DNA of 64,000 nt, taken from the NCBI GenBank assembly GCA_946611635.1, contig CAMODW010000003.1:2364-66363 (forward strand), in the 5' to 3' direction. A model generated the notes under the pieces. That model worked only from the letters and a program-made list of their open reading frames with translations. It made no database searches and was not told the DNA's origin. Position 1 is the stretch's first letter, and each line of letters begins with the position of its first letter. This document shows, one piece after another, positions 9,610-19,744 of the stretch. This DNA comes from an uncultured Bacillota bacterium (GTDB lineage Bacteria; Bacillota_I; Bacilli_A; RF39; UBA660). Position numbers and translations under genes: made by a program.

Positions 9610-10725
9610 TTAATTTAGTTTATTTCCGCATTGTTGGCAAAAGTTTCCACCATTTGTTGGAGTGCCACAATTAGGGCAGAATTTTGCTCCCGCAACAGCT
9701 CCAGCAGCCATTCCGTTTTGTGCTTGAGCTTGAGCATTTTGATTGGCAGCATTCATAGCAGCTCCTCCGGCTCCTTGAGCCATGTTTAATCCAGCAAATC
9801 CCATCATAGCGCCATTTTCATTTCCAGCAGCTGTTTTCATAGCATCAGCAGTAGCAGAAGCTAATAAGCCAGATTGTAAGTTGGCATTAGCGAATATGTT
9901 AGCATCATCAATTTTGCTAATTCTTTCCATAGATTTTTCTGTAACGTTAATATCTCCCATAGAAACATCTGTTACAATTAAACCATATTTTTCTTTCCAA
10001 CTTTTAGAAAGGACTTCGTTCATTTGATCTGATAGATCTGAACCATAAAGACCTATATCTCCGAAAGATACTTTTTTAATACGCATTACTTCAGTAATAG
10101 CTTTTGTTAGTTGTTCTGAAAATTCTGCTTTAAATTGATCCCCAACAACTTCGTCAAAGGTTACTTCGTCTTTTGGATTTGCTCCAATAACTGTATTTAC
10201 TAATATAATAGGATCATCTACTTTATATGCAAAGTTTCCAAAGAAAGTAACTTCTAGAATTCCATATTTTTCATCAGTAATTTTTTTAGGCTGTGGAGAA
10301 CCGAATTTGTTGCCAGTTACATTTAGTAAATTTACATAATACACTCTTTGGTCTCTTGCTGTTTGGCCGCCAAATGTAAAACGACTTCCGATAGTTTTAA
10401 ATGTGTCGATTATTCCTTTTCCAAGACCGCCTGTAAAAATACTAGGTTCTGAACTTGTATCATAAATGTATTCACCAGGTTCGGCTGAGAATTCTGCAAC
10501 TTTACCATTGTCAACAAGCATCATTGCCCATCCTTGAGGTATTGCTATTTTTGAACCATTAGATATAACCCCTGGACTTGGTTTAGAATTACCTTCTCCA
10601 TGACTAACTACTCCTCTAGCAATTAGTACGTTTTTATCATCTGCTTGTGGGCATGTGACGAACTCTTTAAATTGATCGCCAAGAGCCGTAGTTGCTGATG
10701 ATGTTAATGCTTTAATTAATCCCAT
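9610..10725 (-). CDS. SPFH/band-7-like protein with C-terminal zinc ribbon (YdjI-like)
   Basis: 371 aa. C-terminal FCPNCGTPTNGGNFCQQCGNKL zinc ribbon after an Ala/Gly/Gln-rich linker. Overall pattern resembles the YdjI/COG4260-type family (from memory). Confidence 0.65.
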   Translation of the reverse strand: MGLIKALTSSATTALGDQFKEFVTCPQADDKNVLIARGVVSHGEGNSKPSPGVISNGSKIAIPQGWAMMLVDNGKVAEFSAEPGEYIYDTSSEPSIFTGGLGKGIIDTFKTIGSRFTFGGQTARDQRVYYVNLLNVTGNKFGSPQPKKITDEKYGILEVTFFGNFAYKVDDPIILVNTVIGANPKDEVTFDEVVGDQFKAEFSEQLTKAITEVMRIKKVSFGDIGLYGSDLSDQMNEVLSKSWKEKYGLIVTDVSMGDINVTEKSMERISKIDDANIFANANLQSGLLASATADAMKTAAGNENGAMMGFAGLNMAQGAGGAAMNAANQNAQAQAQNGMAAGAVAGAKFCPNCGTPTNGGNFCQQCGNKLN

Positions 10726-10875
10726 AATTTCCCTCCAATATCATAATATAGCATTATATATTTGTTGCTTAATATAATTATATAATTTTAAAAAATCATT
10801 TTCAAGGAAAGGTTTATATAACTTGATAATATGTTTATAATTTGTTATCATTATTTATAATAAAGGGTGATAATT

Positions 10876-11406
10876 ATGGAGAGGAAGTTACTTTGGGTAT
10901 TGTGTGCTTTATCTATTTTTACTTTTACTACCTCTTTGTTTTCCTCTTTGTTGATTTTTTTAAATGATAATAATCATACTAAGGTTAATGCTAATTCGGT
11001 TGTTAATAAAAAAACAAGATATAAAAGAAGTATGATTGTTTTTGAAAATGGAAATAGGGTTGATTTAAGGAATATTGGTAGTGGCTTTGAAAAAAACTAT
11101 CAATTTAGTGTTACAAATGATAATTCGGATATAATTGATTATAGGATTCAATGGTCTGGAACATATACTGATTGGAATACTAGTGATTATCAATTTCTTT
11201 TATATGCTTTAAGTTGTGATAATGGGGTGTTTTTAGATAATCAAAATATGCCTTTTACTAATGAAAAAAAAGATATTATTTCTTCATTAAAAGTTAATTC
11301 TAATAAAACGGTAGTTTGTGATATAAAAATAAAATATAAAGCTAGCTATATAGAACAAACAAATAATATGTTTATATCTGATATAGATGTGTTTATTAAT
11401 GGTTAG
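10876..11406 (+). CDS. Small exported or membrane-anchored protein; candidate SipW-cognate substrate
   Basis: N-terminal hydrophobic segment followed by IFLNDN. This resembles the A-F-x-D motif that follows TasA/camelysin-type signal peptides. Confidence 0.6.
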   Translation: MERKLLWVLCALSIFTFTTSLFSSLLIFLNDNNHTKVNANSVVNKKTRYKRSMIVFENGNRVDLRNIGSGFEKNYQFSVTNDNSDIIDYRIQWSGTYTDWNTSDYQFLLYALSCDNGVFLDNQNMPFTNEKKDIISSLKVNSNKTVVCDIKIKYKASYIEQTNNMFISDIDVFING

Positions 11407-11417
11407 GACGTGTTGTT

Positions 11418-11990
11418 ATGGATAAACAAAATGGACTTTCTAAGCAGAATAGTATTTTTTTGAATTTTTATAAAAATGAAAAAAAGATGAAGATGTTTCT
11501 TTTGTTAATAATAATAATTGTTATTTTATCTTCTTCTTTATTGTCTTTGGCTTTTTCTTATAAATCATATAACAAAATAAAAAAGTATATGAACGAATAT
11601 AATAATAAAGAGTATGAAAGTTTATCTTATGAAACTTTAGTTGTTTCTTATTCTAATGGTAGTTTGCTAAATTGTAATGAAAATGGATGCGGTAGTACTA
11701 CTATTCATTTAGAAAATATAGGCCCCGATAATATTTTATGTAATATTGCTTTTGTAGATGTTGATGGGGATAATGATAATTATAATTATTTTGTAAATTT
11801 TGATAATAAAGTTATTAGTAATAAAGCCCCCAATAATAATATTGTAGTTTTTGATAATATAGAGATTAAACCTGGGGAAATGAAGGAATATGAGTTATCT
11901 TTAAATAGCATTGATGGAGCTATACATGGTAATTATCAAATGAAGCTTCAAATAAACATGGATGATGATAAAAGTATTTTTTTAGAATAG
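11418..11990 (+). CDS. Small membrane-anchored protein, loosely similar in layout to the preceding ORF
   Basis: 190 aa with one TM segment, then a beta-rich, Asn/Asp-rich domain. Start codon uncertain. Confidence 0.55.
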   Translation: MDKQNGLSKQNSIFLNFYKNEKKMKMFLLLIIIIVILSSSLLSLAFSYKSYNKIKKYMNEYNNKEYESLSYETLVVSYSNGSLLNCNENGCGSTTIHLENIGPDNILCNIAFVDVDGDNDNYNYFVNFDNKVISNKAPNNNIVVFDNIEIKPGEMKEYELSLNSIDGAIHGNYQMKLQINMDDDKSIFLE

Positions 11991-12044
11991 TTGTATTTTT
12001 TATTTGGTTAAATTATAATAAAAAAGAATAGAAGGGTATTGTTA

Positions 12045-13718
12045 ATGGCCGAAAAAGTTAGGAATAAAAGTACTTTGTTAGGGAAATTATTAAAAATACT
12101 ATTTAATATAGTAATTTTTTTGGTGTGTGTAATTGCCTTTGTTTTAATAGCGTATGTATTTTTAGCTCAAATTCATAAAGATGATAATAACTATAAGCCT
12201 TCTATATCTTTTTATACAATAGTTAGTCCTAGTATGAATCCAGTTATAAAAGTTTATGATGTTGTTGTTAATATTAAACCAAGTGGACCTGAAGATATTG
12301 AAATAGGGGATATAATTACTTATGTTTCAACAAATTCAACTTCAGAAGGTATGACTATTACTCATAGAGTTGTTGCCATTACTAAGGCTGAAAATGGTAA
12401 TTATGAATATCAAACACAAGGAGATAACAATAGTGAACCTGATGGTGTTTTGGTAACGTATGATAATGTAATAGGAAAAGAAATAATGATTATTCCTAAA
12501 CTAGGAAAAATCCAATTTCTATTAGCTAATAAAAAAAGTTGGCTTTTGTTATTATTAATACCTGTTATGATTTTTGTTTTTAAGGATATTTATGATTTGA
12601 TTGAATTGTTTGGTTTAAGAAGAAAAGTTGATGATGTCACAGGATATATAGAGGAACCAACGCGTGTAAGAAAAAATGAGTTAGAAATTAAACAAAAGGA
12701 AATATTAAAAAGAGAATTATCTATTCATGCAGTTCGTGAAGATGCTTTAGTTCGTAAACCGACAGAAAGTGAAGGATTTTTAGAACCTTATTCTGAAAGT
12801 GTTATTGAAGTAGGGAAGAGTATTGATTCTGATAAAAAAGAAGAAAGACCTGCAACAATGAAAATTGTAAAACCGGTTAAAATAGAGGGAGAAGAAATTA
12901 GACCTAATACTGATGATGAAGAATTCAATAAGAAAGTTCAGGAATTGAAACCGGTTGTATCTTCTATAGAAGTTTTAGATACAGACGAGTTGACCACTAA
13001 AATTAAAGATTATGATGATAAAGTTTCTAAATTAAACGAAATGTTGAATGATTTAGAAAAAATGAAGATTAATAAAGAAAAAGAAATTAGTGTAGAGAAA
13101 GAAAGAGTAAATCGTGAAATAATTATTGAAAAGGAAAAAGCCAAGAAAGAAATAGAGGCTGAAAGAGCTAAAGTAAAAGAAGAATTGCAAACAGCTAAAG
13201 AACAAGCAAGTAATAAAGATATTAAAAGTAATACAAAGAAAATTGTTGATAGTTATTTGATTGGAAGAAAAATAAAGGTTGTTGGATCGGAAGAAACAAA
13301 GAATAGAAGGAAGAAAAGAGTTTCTAATGATAAAAAGATTTTATTAGGAAAAAAGAAAACTAATATTAATTCTAGGTTAGTAATAGAAAAACCAAAAGTT
13401 GAAGACTTGCCTAAAATTAAAGATGATGTTGTACAAAAAAAGGTTGTAGAAGAAAAAGTTAAAAGTACTCCTATTATCAATAATAGGGAGTTAAATCTCA
13501 AAAACAATCAAACAAGTAAAAAGAAAAAATCTTTATCTACTGAAGATGTAATATTAAGAGAATTAAATACGATTAATAAAAAAGATGATAAAGATTTGAT
13601 ATTTAATCCTAAAATGGTTAAAAAAGTTGATGTAAATAAGAAAAAACAGGAGGAAAAAAAGCCTGAAAAAAAGAGGGGGTTAATTTACATAGCTAAAAGG
13701 GAAAAAGTAAAAAAATAA
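12045..13718 (+). CDS. Signal peptidase I of the SipW/ER type with a long Lys/Glu-rich C-terminal extension
   Basis: SPSMNP (catalytic Ser) and ITHRVV (His of the Ser-His type) motifs. A second TM follows the catalytic domain, then ~370 aa of charged low-complexity or coiled-coil-like sequence. Confidence 0.75.
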   Translation: MAEKVRNKSTLLGKLLKILFNIVIFLVCVIAFVLIAYVFLAQIHKDDNNYKPSISFYTIVSPSMNPVIKVYDVVVNIKPSGPEDIEIGDIITYVSTNSTSEGMTITHRVVAITKAENGNYEYQTQGDNNSEPDGVLVTYDNVIGKEIMIIPKLGKIQFLLANKKSWLLLLLIPVMIFVFKDIYDLIELFGLRRKVDDVTGYIEEPTRVRKNELEIKQKEILKRELSIHAVREDALVRKPTESEGFLEPYSESVIEVGKSIDSDKKEERPATMKIVKPVKIEGEEIRPNTDDEEFNKKVQELKPVVSSIEVLDTDELTTKIKDYDDKVSKLNEMLNDLEKMKINKEKEISVEKERVNREIIIEKEKAKKEIEAERAKVKEELQTAKEQASNKDIKSNTKKIVDSYLIGRKIKVVGSEETKNRRKKRVSNDKKILLGKKKTNINSRLVIEKPKVEDLPKIKDDVVQKKVVEEKVKSTPIINNRELNLKNNQTSKKKKSLSTEDVILRELNTINKKDDKDLIFNPKMVKKVDVNKKKQEEKKPEKKRGLIYIAKREKVKK

Positions 13719-13720
13719 GG

Positions 13721-13751
13721 GAAATTAATGATTTACATTAATTTCTCTTTT
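13721..13751 (+). terminator. Intrinsic terminator
   Basis: GAAATTAATG-ATTTA-CATTAATTTC followed by TCTTTTT. Confidence 0.7.
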
Positions 13752-13795
13752 TGCTATAATTTATATATAGTAGGCTTAGGCGAGGTGTTTTTAAT

Positions 13796-16237
13796 ATGGC
13801 AGAAAGAATTATTGATGGAACTGAGAATAATATATTTAATCTATTATGTAATTTGGCTGATTCGGAGAATAGCATTGCTTTAGATGCTGCAAATAAAGAA
13901 ATTGAAGATTTGAATTCTCAAATTGAAGAGATAAGTGAGAGAATTAGTTCTGTTACGTCTGAATTAGAAGAAACAAAAGAACAAGAAGGAATTATGGAAA
14001 AAGGACCTGCAGCTTTTTCTAGTTTTGTTGACGAATTTAATAAAAATACTTTGCTAGTTAGCTATTTTCACATATTAGGTTATGATAACTATTTAAGTAA
14101 TCCTGTTGCTTCTCACGAGGAAGAACAAAGAACTAGCGCTAAATATGATGAGATTGTAAATAAAATTGATTCTTTATCAAAAGAACTAGAGGAGTTAGAA
14201 AACGAAAGTTTAATGTTAAATAATAAATTGGAAAATGATAATAAAATATTGGGGAATATTAAATTTTTTACAGAGAGAATTAAACTTTTAATTGATGCTT
14301 CTATAAGCGGTAATGGTTCATATACTAAAGATTATGTAATTGAGACGTTATCCTATTTCCAAGATGTGTGTAAGGAATTTGGTATTATTTTTCCTAGTAA
14401 TTATATTGATTCTGGTTCAATGGCCATATTTTTCCCAAACTTCCCAGGAAAAGAGTTTGCTCAGGTTGTTAACCAATATAGAGAAGGTAATATAGGTAAA
14501 TTAATGTATACTGGTGAAGGAGATACGCCACTTATAGATAGTACTTCAGAAGATATAAAGGATGATTTGTTTAATATTTCTGTTGATTCTTTGGCTTCTA
14601 CTGAGGAGGAAGTTGGCTCTCAAGAAAATATTCATGGGGAAGCAGATTCTTCAGATGAAGAAATAGTGTTTAGTGTTCCTATAGATGATGAGGAGGATGT
14701 TTCAACTGTTGATCAAGCTGAAAAAAATCAAGACGAAAAAATAATTGACTTTTCTACTGGCGAGGAAAAAACATCTGAAGAAACACAGTTAGAAGATATT
14801 GCTGGTTCTTCGTTAGAAGAAACTTCTTCAGAAGCTAAAGAACCTGTAAGTATTTTTGATGAAATTGAACCAACAGTAAGCAAGCCTGAATTAGTAGAGG
14901 AAGATGATTCGTCGTTTGCGTATTCGCCTGATGTTGATAAAGTAATTGATTTGCAAGATATATTTGCTAGAATGCAAGCTTCAATAGAGCATGGGTATGC
15001 ATCTGTTAAAATGATGGAGGAAACTGAAAAGTCGAATAAGTTTGGTTTAGAGGATTCTTTAATAAGTGAAGAATTAAATAGTTTGTTAAAGAGTGCGGAT
15101 GCCAATGTGGTAAAAAATAATATTGATAATTTAGAAGCTTTAAATATAGATAAAAACTATTTTTATGTAGTAGATGATGGATATTCTATTTTGGTGGATG
15201 GAGATTTAGTTAATAAGATTAATTATTTAAGAGGTAAAAAGATACCTGAGAAGTCAGTTAAGAATGCTGTGATATCTGGCTATTTAAGAGGTAGTCTTGA
15301 AAGTATTAAAGCTGGTATAATTGACTTAGAAAATAGCGAATATGGATTTGATAAAAAGTATTTGCCACTACTTAAATATGGTGTACAACCATTCTTTGAT
15401 TCTATTGATTATTTGAAGAAGAGTGGTATTGAACCAGATGAATCTGAGATGCTAACTTTCTTAGTTATTCTATCTAAGTTTTATAAAAATATAGAAGTAG
15501 ATACTGAAGTTTTAAAAGATTATAGTGTTGGAGTTCTTAGATCTAATGGTAAATTTGAATTGGGTTATGGCAAGAAAACTCCAAAGCAATTGGTTGAATT
15601 CTTAGATGCGGTTATTGAACTTGGTGAAGAAGATTTGATTAATAATGTTCCTGAGGTGCTTTCTATGAACTTAGATACAGTACTTAAGAGATTGTGGTAT
15701 GTTAAATCTAATGGAATTGATTATAAGGAAGGAACAGTATATGCTGATTATATTATTAAACCAGGTTTATTTAATAGAGAGTTTAATAATCCTGAATTAG
15801 GTGAAATAAAATCTTGTGAAGAATGTAATAAGCTTTTAGACGCTTCATTAAATAATGATTTATGTTCAATATTTATGGAAGTACTTGATAAATTTTATGC
15901 TGATAGTAGAAGCTATAAATCTGTTGAGTTAAATGAAGAACAACAAGGAATATATGAAAAGCTTAAAGATATGCTTGAGAGTTTGTTTAGCGCTAGTTTA
16001 GTAAGTAAAAATGCTTATGATATTCAAGGTACTATAATATCAAGAAATAAGTTTGAAAGAAATCTAAGTTGTTTGGTTTGTACTTTGAATGATAATGGTG
16101 AAGATTTGCTTTCTGAAGCAAAAGAAATTCTATTAGTATCAGCGTTATATAATTCAAGAAGACCTGAGGAAATGATGCTAAAAATACCTCAAGAAATACA
16201 AGAGGAATCAGTTAGTATGGGAGGTATGGCTGCGTAA
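13796..16237 (+). CDS. Large acidic protein; N-terminal coiled coil, acidic linker, C-terminal helical repeats (mTERF-like by eye)
   Basis: 813 aa ORF. Its stop overlaps the next start (TAATG). Confidence 0.65.
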   Translation: MAERIIDGTENNIFNLLCNLADSENSIALDAANKEIEDLNSQIEEISERISSVTSELEETKEQEGIMEKGPAAFSSFVDEFNKNTLLVSYFHILGYDNYLSNPVASHEEEQRTSAKYDEIVNKIDSLSKELEELENESLMLNNKLENDNKILGNIKFFTERIKLLIDASISGNGSYTKDYVIETLSYFQDVCKEFGIIFPSNYIDSGSMAIFFPNFPGKEFAQVVNQYREGNIGKLMYTGEGDTPLIDSTSEDIKDDLFNISVDSLASTEEEVGSQENIHGEADSSDEEIVFSVPIDDEEDVSTVDQAEKNQDEKIIDFSTGEEKTSEETQLEDIAGSSLEETSSEAKEPVSIFDEIEPTVSKPELVEEDDSSFAYSPDVDKVIDLQDIFARMQASIEHGYASVKMMEETEKSNKFGLEDSLISEELNSLLKSADANVVKNNIDNLEALNIDKNYFYVVDDGYSILVDGDLVNKINYLRGKKIPEKSVKNAVISGYLRGSLESIKAGIIDLENSEYGFDKKYLPLLKYGVQPFFDSIDYLKKSGIEPDESEMLTFLVILSKFYKNIEVDTEVLKDYSVGVLRSNGKFELGYGKKTPKQLVEFLDAVIELGEEDLINNVPEVLSMNLDTVLKRLWYVKSNGIDYKEGTVYADYIIKPGLFNREFNNPELGEIKSCEECNKLLDASLNNDLCSIFMEVLDKFYADSRSYKSVELNEEQQGIYEKLKDMLESLFSASLVSKNAYDIQGTIISRNKFERNLSCLVCTLNDNGEDLLSEAKEILLVSALYNSRRPEEMMLKIPQEIQEESVSMGGMAA

Positions 16238-16548
16238 TGATGAACGAGAATAAAAAGGAAGTTTTATTCATTAAAGATCTTGGTTTAGATGATGAACATA
16301 TAAAAGAAGTAAAAGCTATTTTTGATAGTGAGGCTTTAAATATTATTAATGAAAATATTGAAACGGTATATACTAATATTAGCTTTTTAAAAAATTTGGG
16401 AGTATCAAATTATCAAGATGCTTTTCTTAGGTTTTATAATATGTTTTTGATAGAACCATCTTCTTTTGAAGAAATATTTCAAAAATATGATAAAGAAGAT
16501 TTAATAGCTAAGTTAGAAAAAAATGTGGCTATAATGGAACATTTATAA
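16237..16548 (+). CDS. Small helical-repeat protein (mTERF-like by eye), translationally coupled to the upstream ORF
   Basis: 103 aa. Motifs IKDLGLDDEHIKEV and FLKNLGVSNYQDAFLRFYNMFLIEPSSFEE. Confidence 0.6.
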   Translation: MMNENKKEVLFIKDLGLDDEHIKEVKAIFDSEALNIINENIETVYTNISFLKNLGVSNYQDAFLRFYNMFLIEPSSFEEIFQKYDKEDLIAKLEKNVAIMEHL

Positions 16549-16578
16549 GAAGTACATTTGTACTTCTTTTATTTTTTA
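16547..16578 (+). terminator. Intrinsic terminator
   Basis: AAGAAGTACA..TGTACTTCTT followed by a T-rich run. Confidence 0.7.
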
Positions 16579-16609
16579 TATAATGTTATAATACGAAAGA
16601 GGTGCAGCG

Positions 16610-18691
16610 ATGAATTATTTAGAAGAATTAAATGATAAACAAATAGAAGCAGTTATTCATGTTGATGGCCCTTGTTTGGTGTTAGCCGGAGCTGGGTCTG
16701 GTAAGACTAAAGTTCTTACTACAAGGATTGCTAGATTGATAGATTGTGGAATTCCATCATATAATATATTAGCAATAACTTTTACTAATAAAGCAGCTAA
16801 GGAAATGAAGGATAGATTAGAAAGAATTGTCCCTGGCAATTATGCTTTTGTTGGTACGTTTCACTCACTTGGTGTTAGAATTTTAAGAGAAAATGCAAGT
16901 GTGTTAGGTTATGATAAGAATTATTCGATAATTGATAGTGATGATGCTTTATCTATTATTAAAAAAATAATGAAAGAAAAGACATATATATCTAAAGATA
17001 TTACACCATCATATGTTAGAAATAAAATTAGTAGTATAAAAAACGATATGTTATCAGATAATGAAATAGATAATTATTTTTCGTCTGGAAATGATTCAAT
17101 AGTAAAGGATATTTATTATGAATATCAAGCTATATTAAGGAAAAATAATTCTGTAGATTTTGATGATTTATTATTATTACCTGTAAAGCTTTTTATGGAA
17201 CATAAGGATGTATTAGAAAGCTATCAAGATAAATATAAATATATATTAGTAGATGAGTATCAGGATACTAATGAAGTACAATATAAATTGTCTAAATTAT
17301 TAGCTAGTAAATATAAAAATATATTTGTTGTAGGTGATCCTGATCAATCTATTTATATGTTTAGAGGGGCTAATTTTAGAAACATATTGAATTTTGAAAG
17401 AGATTATAAAAATGCAAAGGTTATTTCATTGGAGGAAAACTATAGGTCTACTAATAATATATTAGAAGCAGCTAATTCTGTTATAAAAAATAATAAAGAA
17501 CGAAAAGAAAAGAATTTATGGAGTAATAAAGGCGAAGGTAAAAAAATCAAATATTTAAGAGCTTATGATGGGAAACATGAAATACAGCTAGTATTAGATG
17601 AAATAAAAAGAATAAAAGATGAATATGATTATAATGATATAAGTGTTTTATATAGAACTAATGCTCAAGCAAGGCTTGTTGAAGAAATGTTTTTGAAAGC
17701 TAATATTCCATATAAAGTAGTAGGAAGTTATTATTTCTATAATAGAAAGGAAATTAAAGATTTAATATGTTATTTAAGATTAATACTAAATAAAGATGAT
17801 GAAATAAGTTTACTTCGAGTAATTAATGTACCTAAACGTGGTATAGGAGAAGCTACTATTAAGAAAATAGAAGAAACAGCTAGGGATAATAATATATCTA
17901 TGTTTGAAGCTATATCAAAGGGTAAAGAATTAGGATTTAAAAACTTGATATTTGAACTTATAAAAGATTCTGAAGAATTATCTTTAACTGATTTGGTTGA
18001 AGATATTTTAAGTAAAACTGGTATAAGAGCAGAATATGAAAGTAATAAAAATCTAGAAAATGAGTTAAGGTTAGATAACTTAGAAGAGTTTAAATCTATT
18101 ACGAAAACTTTTGAAGAAAGAACAGGTTCTGTCTCATTAGAAGATTTTTTGGAAGAGATATCTTTAATAGCTGATATATCTGAGCATCGTGATGATAGTG
18201 ATGCTGTAACTTTAATGACTATGCATAGTGCAAAAGGATTAGAATTTAAAGTTGTATTCTTAGTTGGAATGGAAGATGGTATTTTTCCACATCAAAATGC
18301 TTTTTTTGAATCTCAAGGATTAGAAGAAGAAAGACGTCTTTGTTATGTTGCGATTACAAGGGCTAAAGAAAGACTATATATAAGTAATGCTAAAAGAAGA
18401 ATGTTATATGGAAAAGATGTTGTTAATCCACCTAGTCGTTTTATAAAAGAAATTGATGAGGATTTACTAGAAGTAGAAAACAAGAATATGTTTGAAGGAG
18501 AAAAAATAGATAAGAAAAAGTATTATTCTGATGATGTTGTTGATTATAAAGATGGAGATATAATAAATCATGATGTCTATGGAAAAGGTGTTGTTGTTAG
18601 TATAAATGGTGATATAATAACAGTAGCTTTTAATAAAAAGTATGGCATTAAAAAATTATTAAAGAATTATAAAGGAATAACTAAAGAATAG
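16610..18691 (+). CDS. pcrA: ATP-dependent DNA helicase PcrA (UvrD/Rep family)
   Basis: AGAGSGKT Walker A, VDEYQDTN, and YRSTNNIL motifs. 693 aa. Confidence 0.9.
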   Translation: MNYLEELNDKQIEAVIHVDGPCLVLAGAGSGKTKVLTTRIARLIDCGIPSYNILAITFTNKAAKEMKDRLERIVPGNYAFVGTFHSLGVRILRENASVLGYDKNYSIIDSDDALSIIKKIMKEKTYISKDITPSYVRNKISSIKNDMLSDNEIDNYFSSGNDSIVKDIYYEYQAILRKNNSVDFDDLLLLPVKLFMEHKDVLESYQDKYKYILVDEYQDTNEVQYKLSKLLASKYKNIFVVGDPDQSIYMFRGANFRNILNFERDYKNAKVISLEENYRSTNNILEAANSVIKNNKERKEKNLWSNKGEGKKIKYLRAYDGKHEIQLVLDEIKRIKDEYDYNDISVLYRTNAQARLVEEMFLKANIPYKVVGSYYFYNRKEIKDLICYLRLILNKDDEISLLRVINVPKRGIGEATIKKIEETARDNNISMFEAISKGKELGFKNLIFELIKDSEELSLTDLVEDILSKTGIRAEYESNKNLENELRLDNLEEFKSITKTFEERTGSVSLEDFLEEISLIADISEHRDDSDAVTLMTMHSAKGLEFKVVFLVGMEDGIFPHQNAFFESQGLEEERRLCYVAITRAKERLYISNAKRRMLYGKDVVNPPSRFIKEIDEDLLEVENKNMFEGEKIDKKKYYSDDVVDYKDGDIINHDVYGKGVVVSINGDIITVAFNKKYGIKKLLKNYKGITKE

Positions 18692-18701
18692 GAGGAATAT
18701 T

Positions 18702-19595
18702 ATGGAATTAGTTATTATGGCAGCTGGTATGGGAAGTAGATTTGGAGGCCTTAAACAAATTGCTCCGATGGGACCAAATGATGAATTTATAATTGATTAT
18801 TCGATTTATGATGCGATAAAAAGTGGTTTTGATAAAGTGGTCTTTGTTATTAAAGAAGAAAACTATGATATTTTTAAAGAAACGATTGGAAGTAGAGTAG
18901 AAAAACATATACCTGTAGAATATGCTTTTCAAAAGTTAGAAGATATTCCTGAATGGGTTGAAATTCCTAAAGATAGGATTAAACCTTGGGGAACTGCTCA
19001 AGCAATATATGCAGCTAGGGATGTTGTTAAAGACAATTTTATCGTTATAAACGCAGATGATTTTTATGGAAGAGAAGCTTTTGAGGCTGCTGCAGATTAT
19101 TTAAAAAATAAAAAAGCTAATGAGATAGGAATAATTGGTTATAAAGTTAATAATACTTTAACTGAGAATGGTTCTGTAAAAAGAGGGTTTATAGTTCAAG
19201 AAAATGGTGAGTTTAAAGAACTTATAGAGAGTTCGATGGAAAAAGATGAAAAAGGTATTAAATCTACACCTCTTAATGGAGGAGATAGTTTCTATATTAA
19301 AGAAGATGATTTGGTATCAATGAATATGTTAGCATTTGATGTTTCTTTATTTGATTTAATTAAAGAGAATATGGATATATTTTTTAAAGAAAATCAAAAT
19401 AATTTAGAAAAATGTGAATTTTTAATTCCTGATATATTGGATATAGCTAATAAAGAAGGAAAAGCTAAAATATCAGTTATAGATACTACAGCTAAATGGT
19501 ATGGTGTTACTTATAAAGAGGATACGGATAGTGTTAGAAATGCTATTAAAAAACTCGTAGAAGAAGGGAAGTATCCTAATAATTTATGGGAATAA
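18702..19595 (+). CDS. Sugar-phosphate nucleotidyltransferase family protein
   Basis: N-terminal MAAGMGSRFGG signature of the NTP-transferase fold. Confidence 0.7.
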   Translation: MELVIMAAGMGSRFGGLKQIAPMGPNDEFIIDYSIYDAIKSGFDKVVFVIKEENYDIFKETIGSRVEKHIPVEYAFQKLEDIPEWVEIPKDRIKPWGTAQAIYAARDVVKDNFIVINADDFYGREAFEAAADYLKNKKANEIGIIGYKVNNTLTENGSVKRGFIVQENGEFKELIESSMEKDEKGIKSTPLNGGDSFYIKEDDLVSMNMLAFDVSLFDLIKENMDIFFKENQNNLEKCEFLIPDILDIANKEGKAKISVIDTTAKWYGVTYKEDTDSVRNAIKKLVEEGKYPNNLWE

Positions 19596-19615
19596 GTCAG
19601 AAATGACTTTTTTTC
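19594..19615 (+). terminator. Intrinsic terminator
   Basis: AAGTCA-GAAA-TGACTT followed by T7. Confidence 0.7.
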
Positions 19616-19744
19616 TTTGTTGAACAATTATGTTTCTAATATTATAATCTTAATAGATATAAAAAGAAGTATGAAGTTATAGCTTGATTGCTTAATATAC
19701 TTAATTGTAGTATAATTTAATTACTCATGAAGAGGTGGTATGTG

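Noticed and set aside
9242-10725. XRE regulator convergent with an SPFH/zinc-ribbon gene as a possible defence or toxin-antitoxin module
   Set aside because: The genes are convergent, not co-transcribed. SPFH-zinc-ribbon (YdjI-like) proteins are common envelope-stress components. Nothing specifically supports a defence role.
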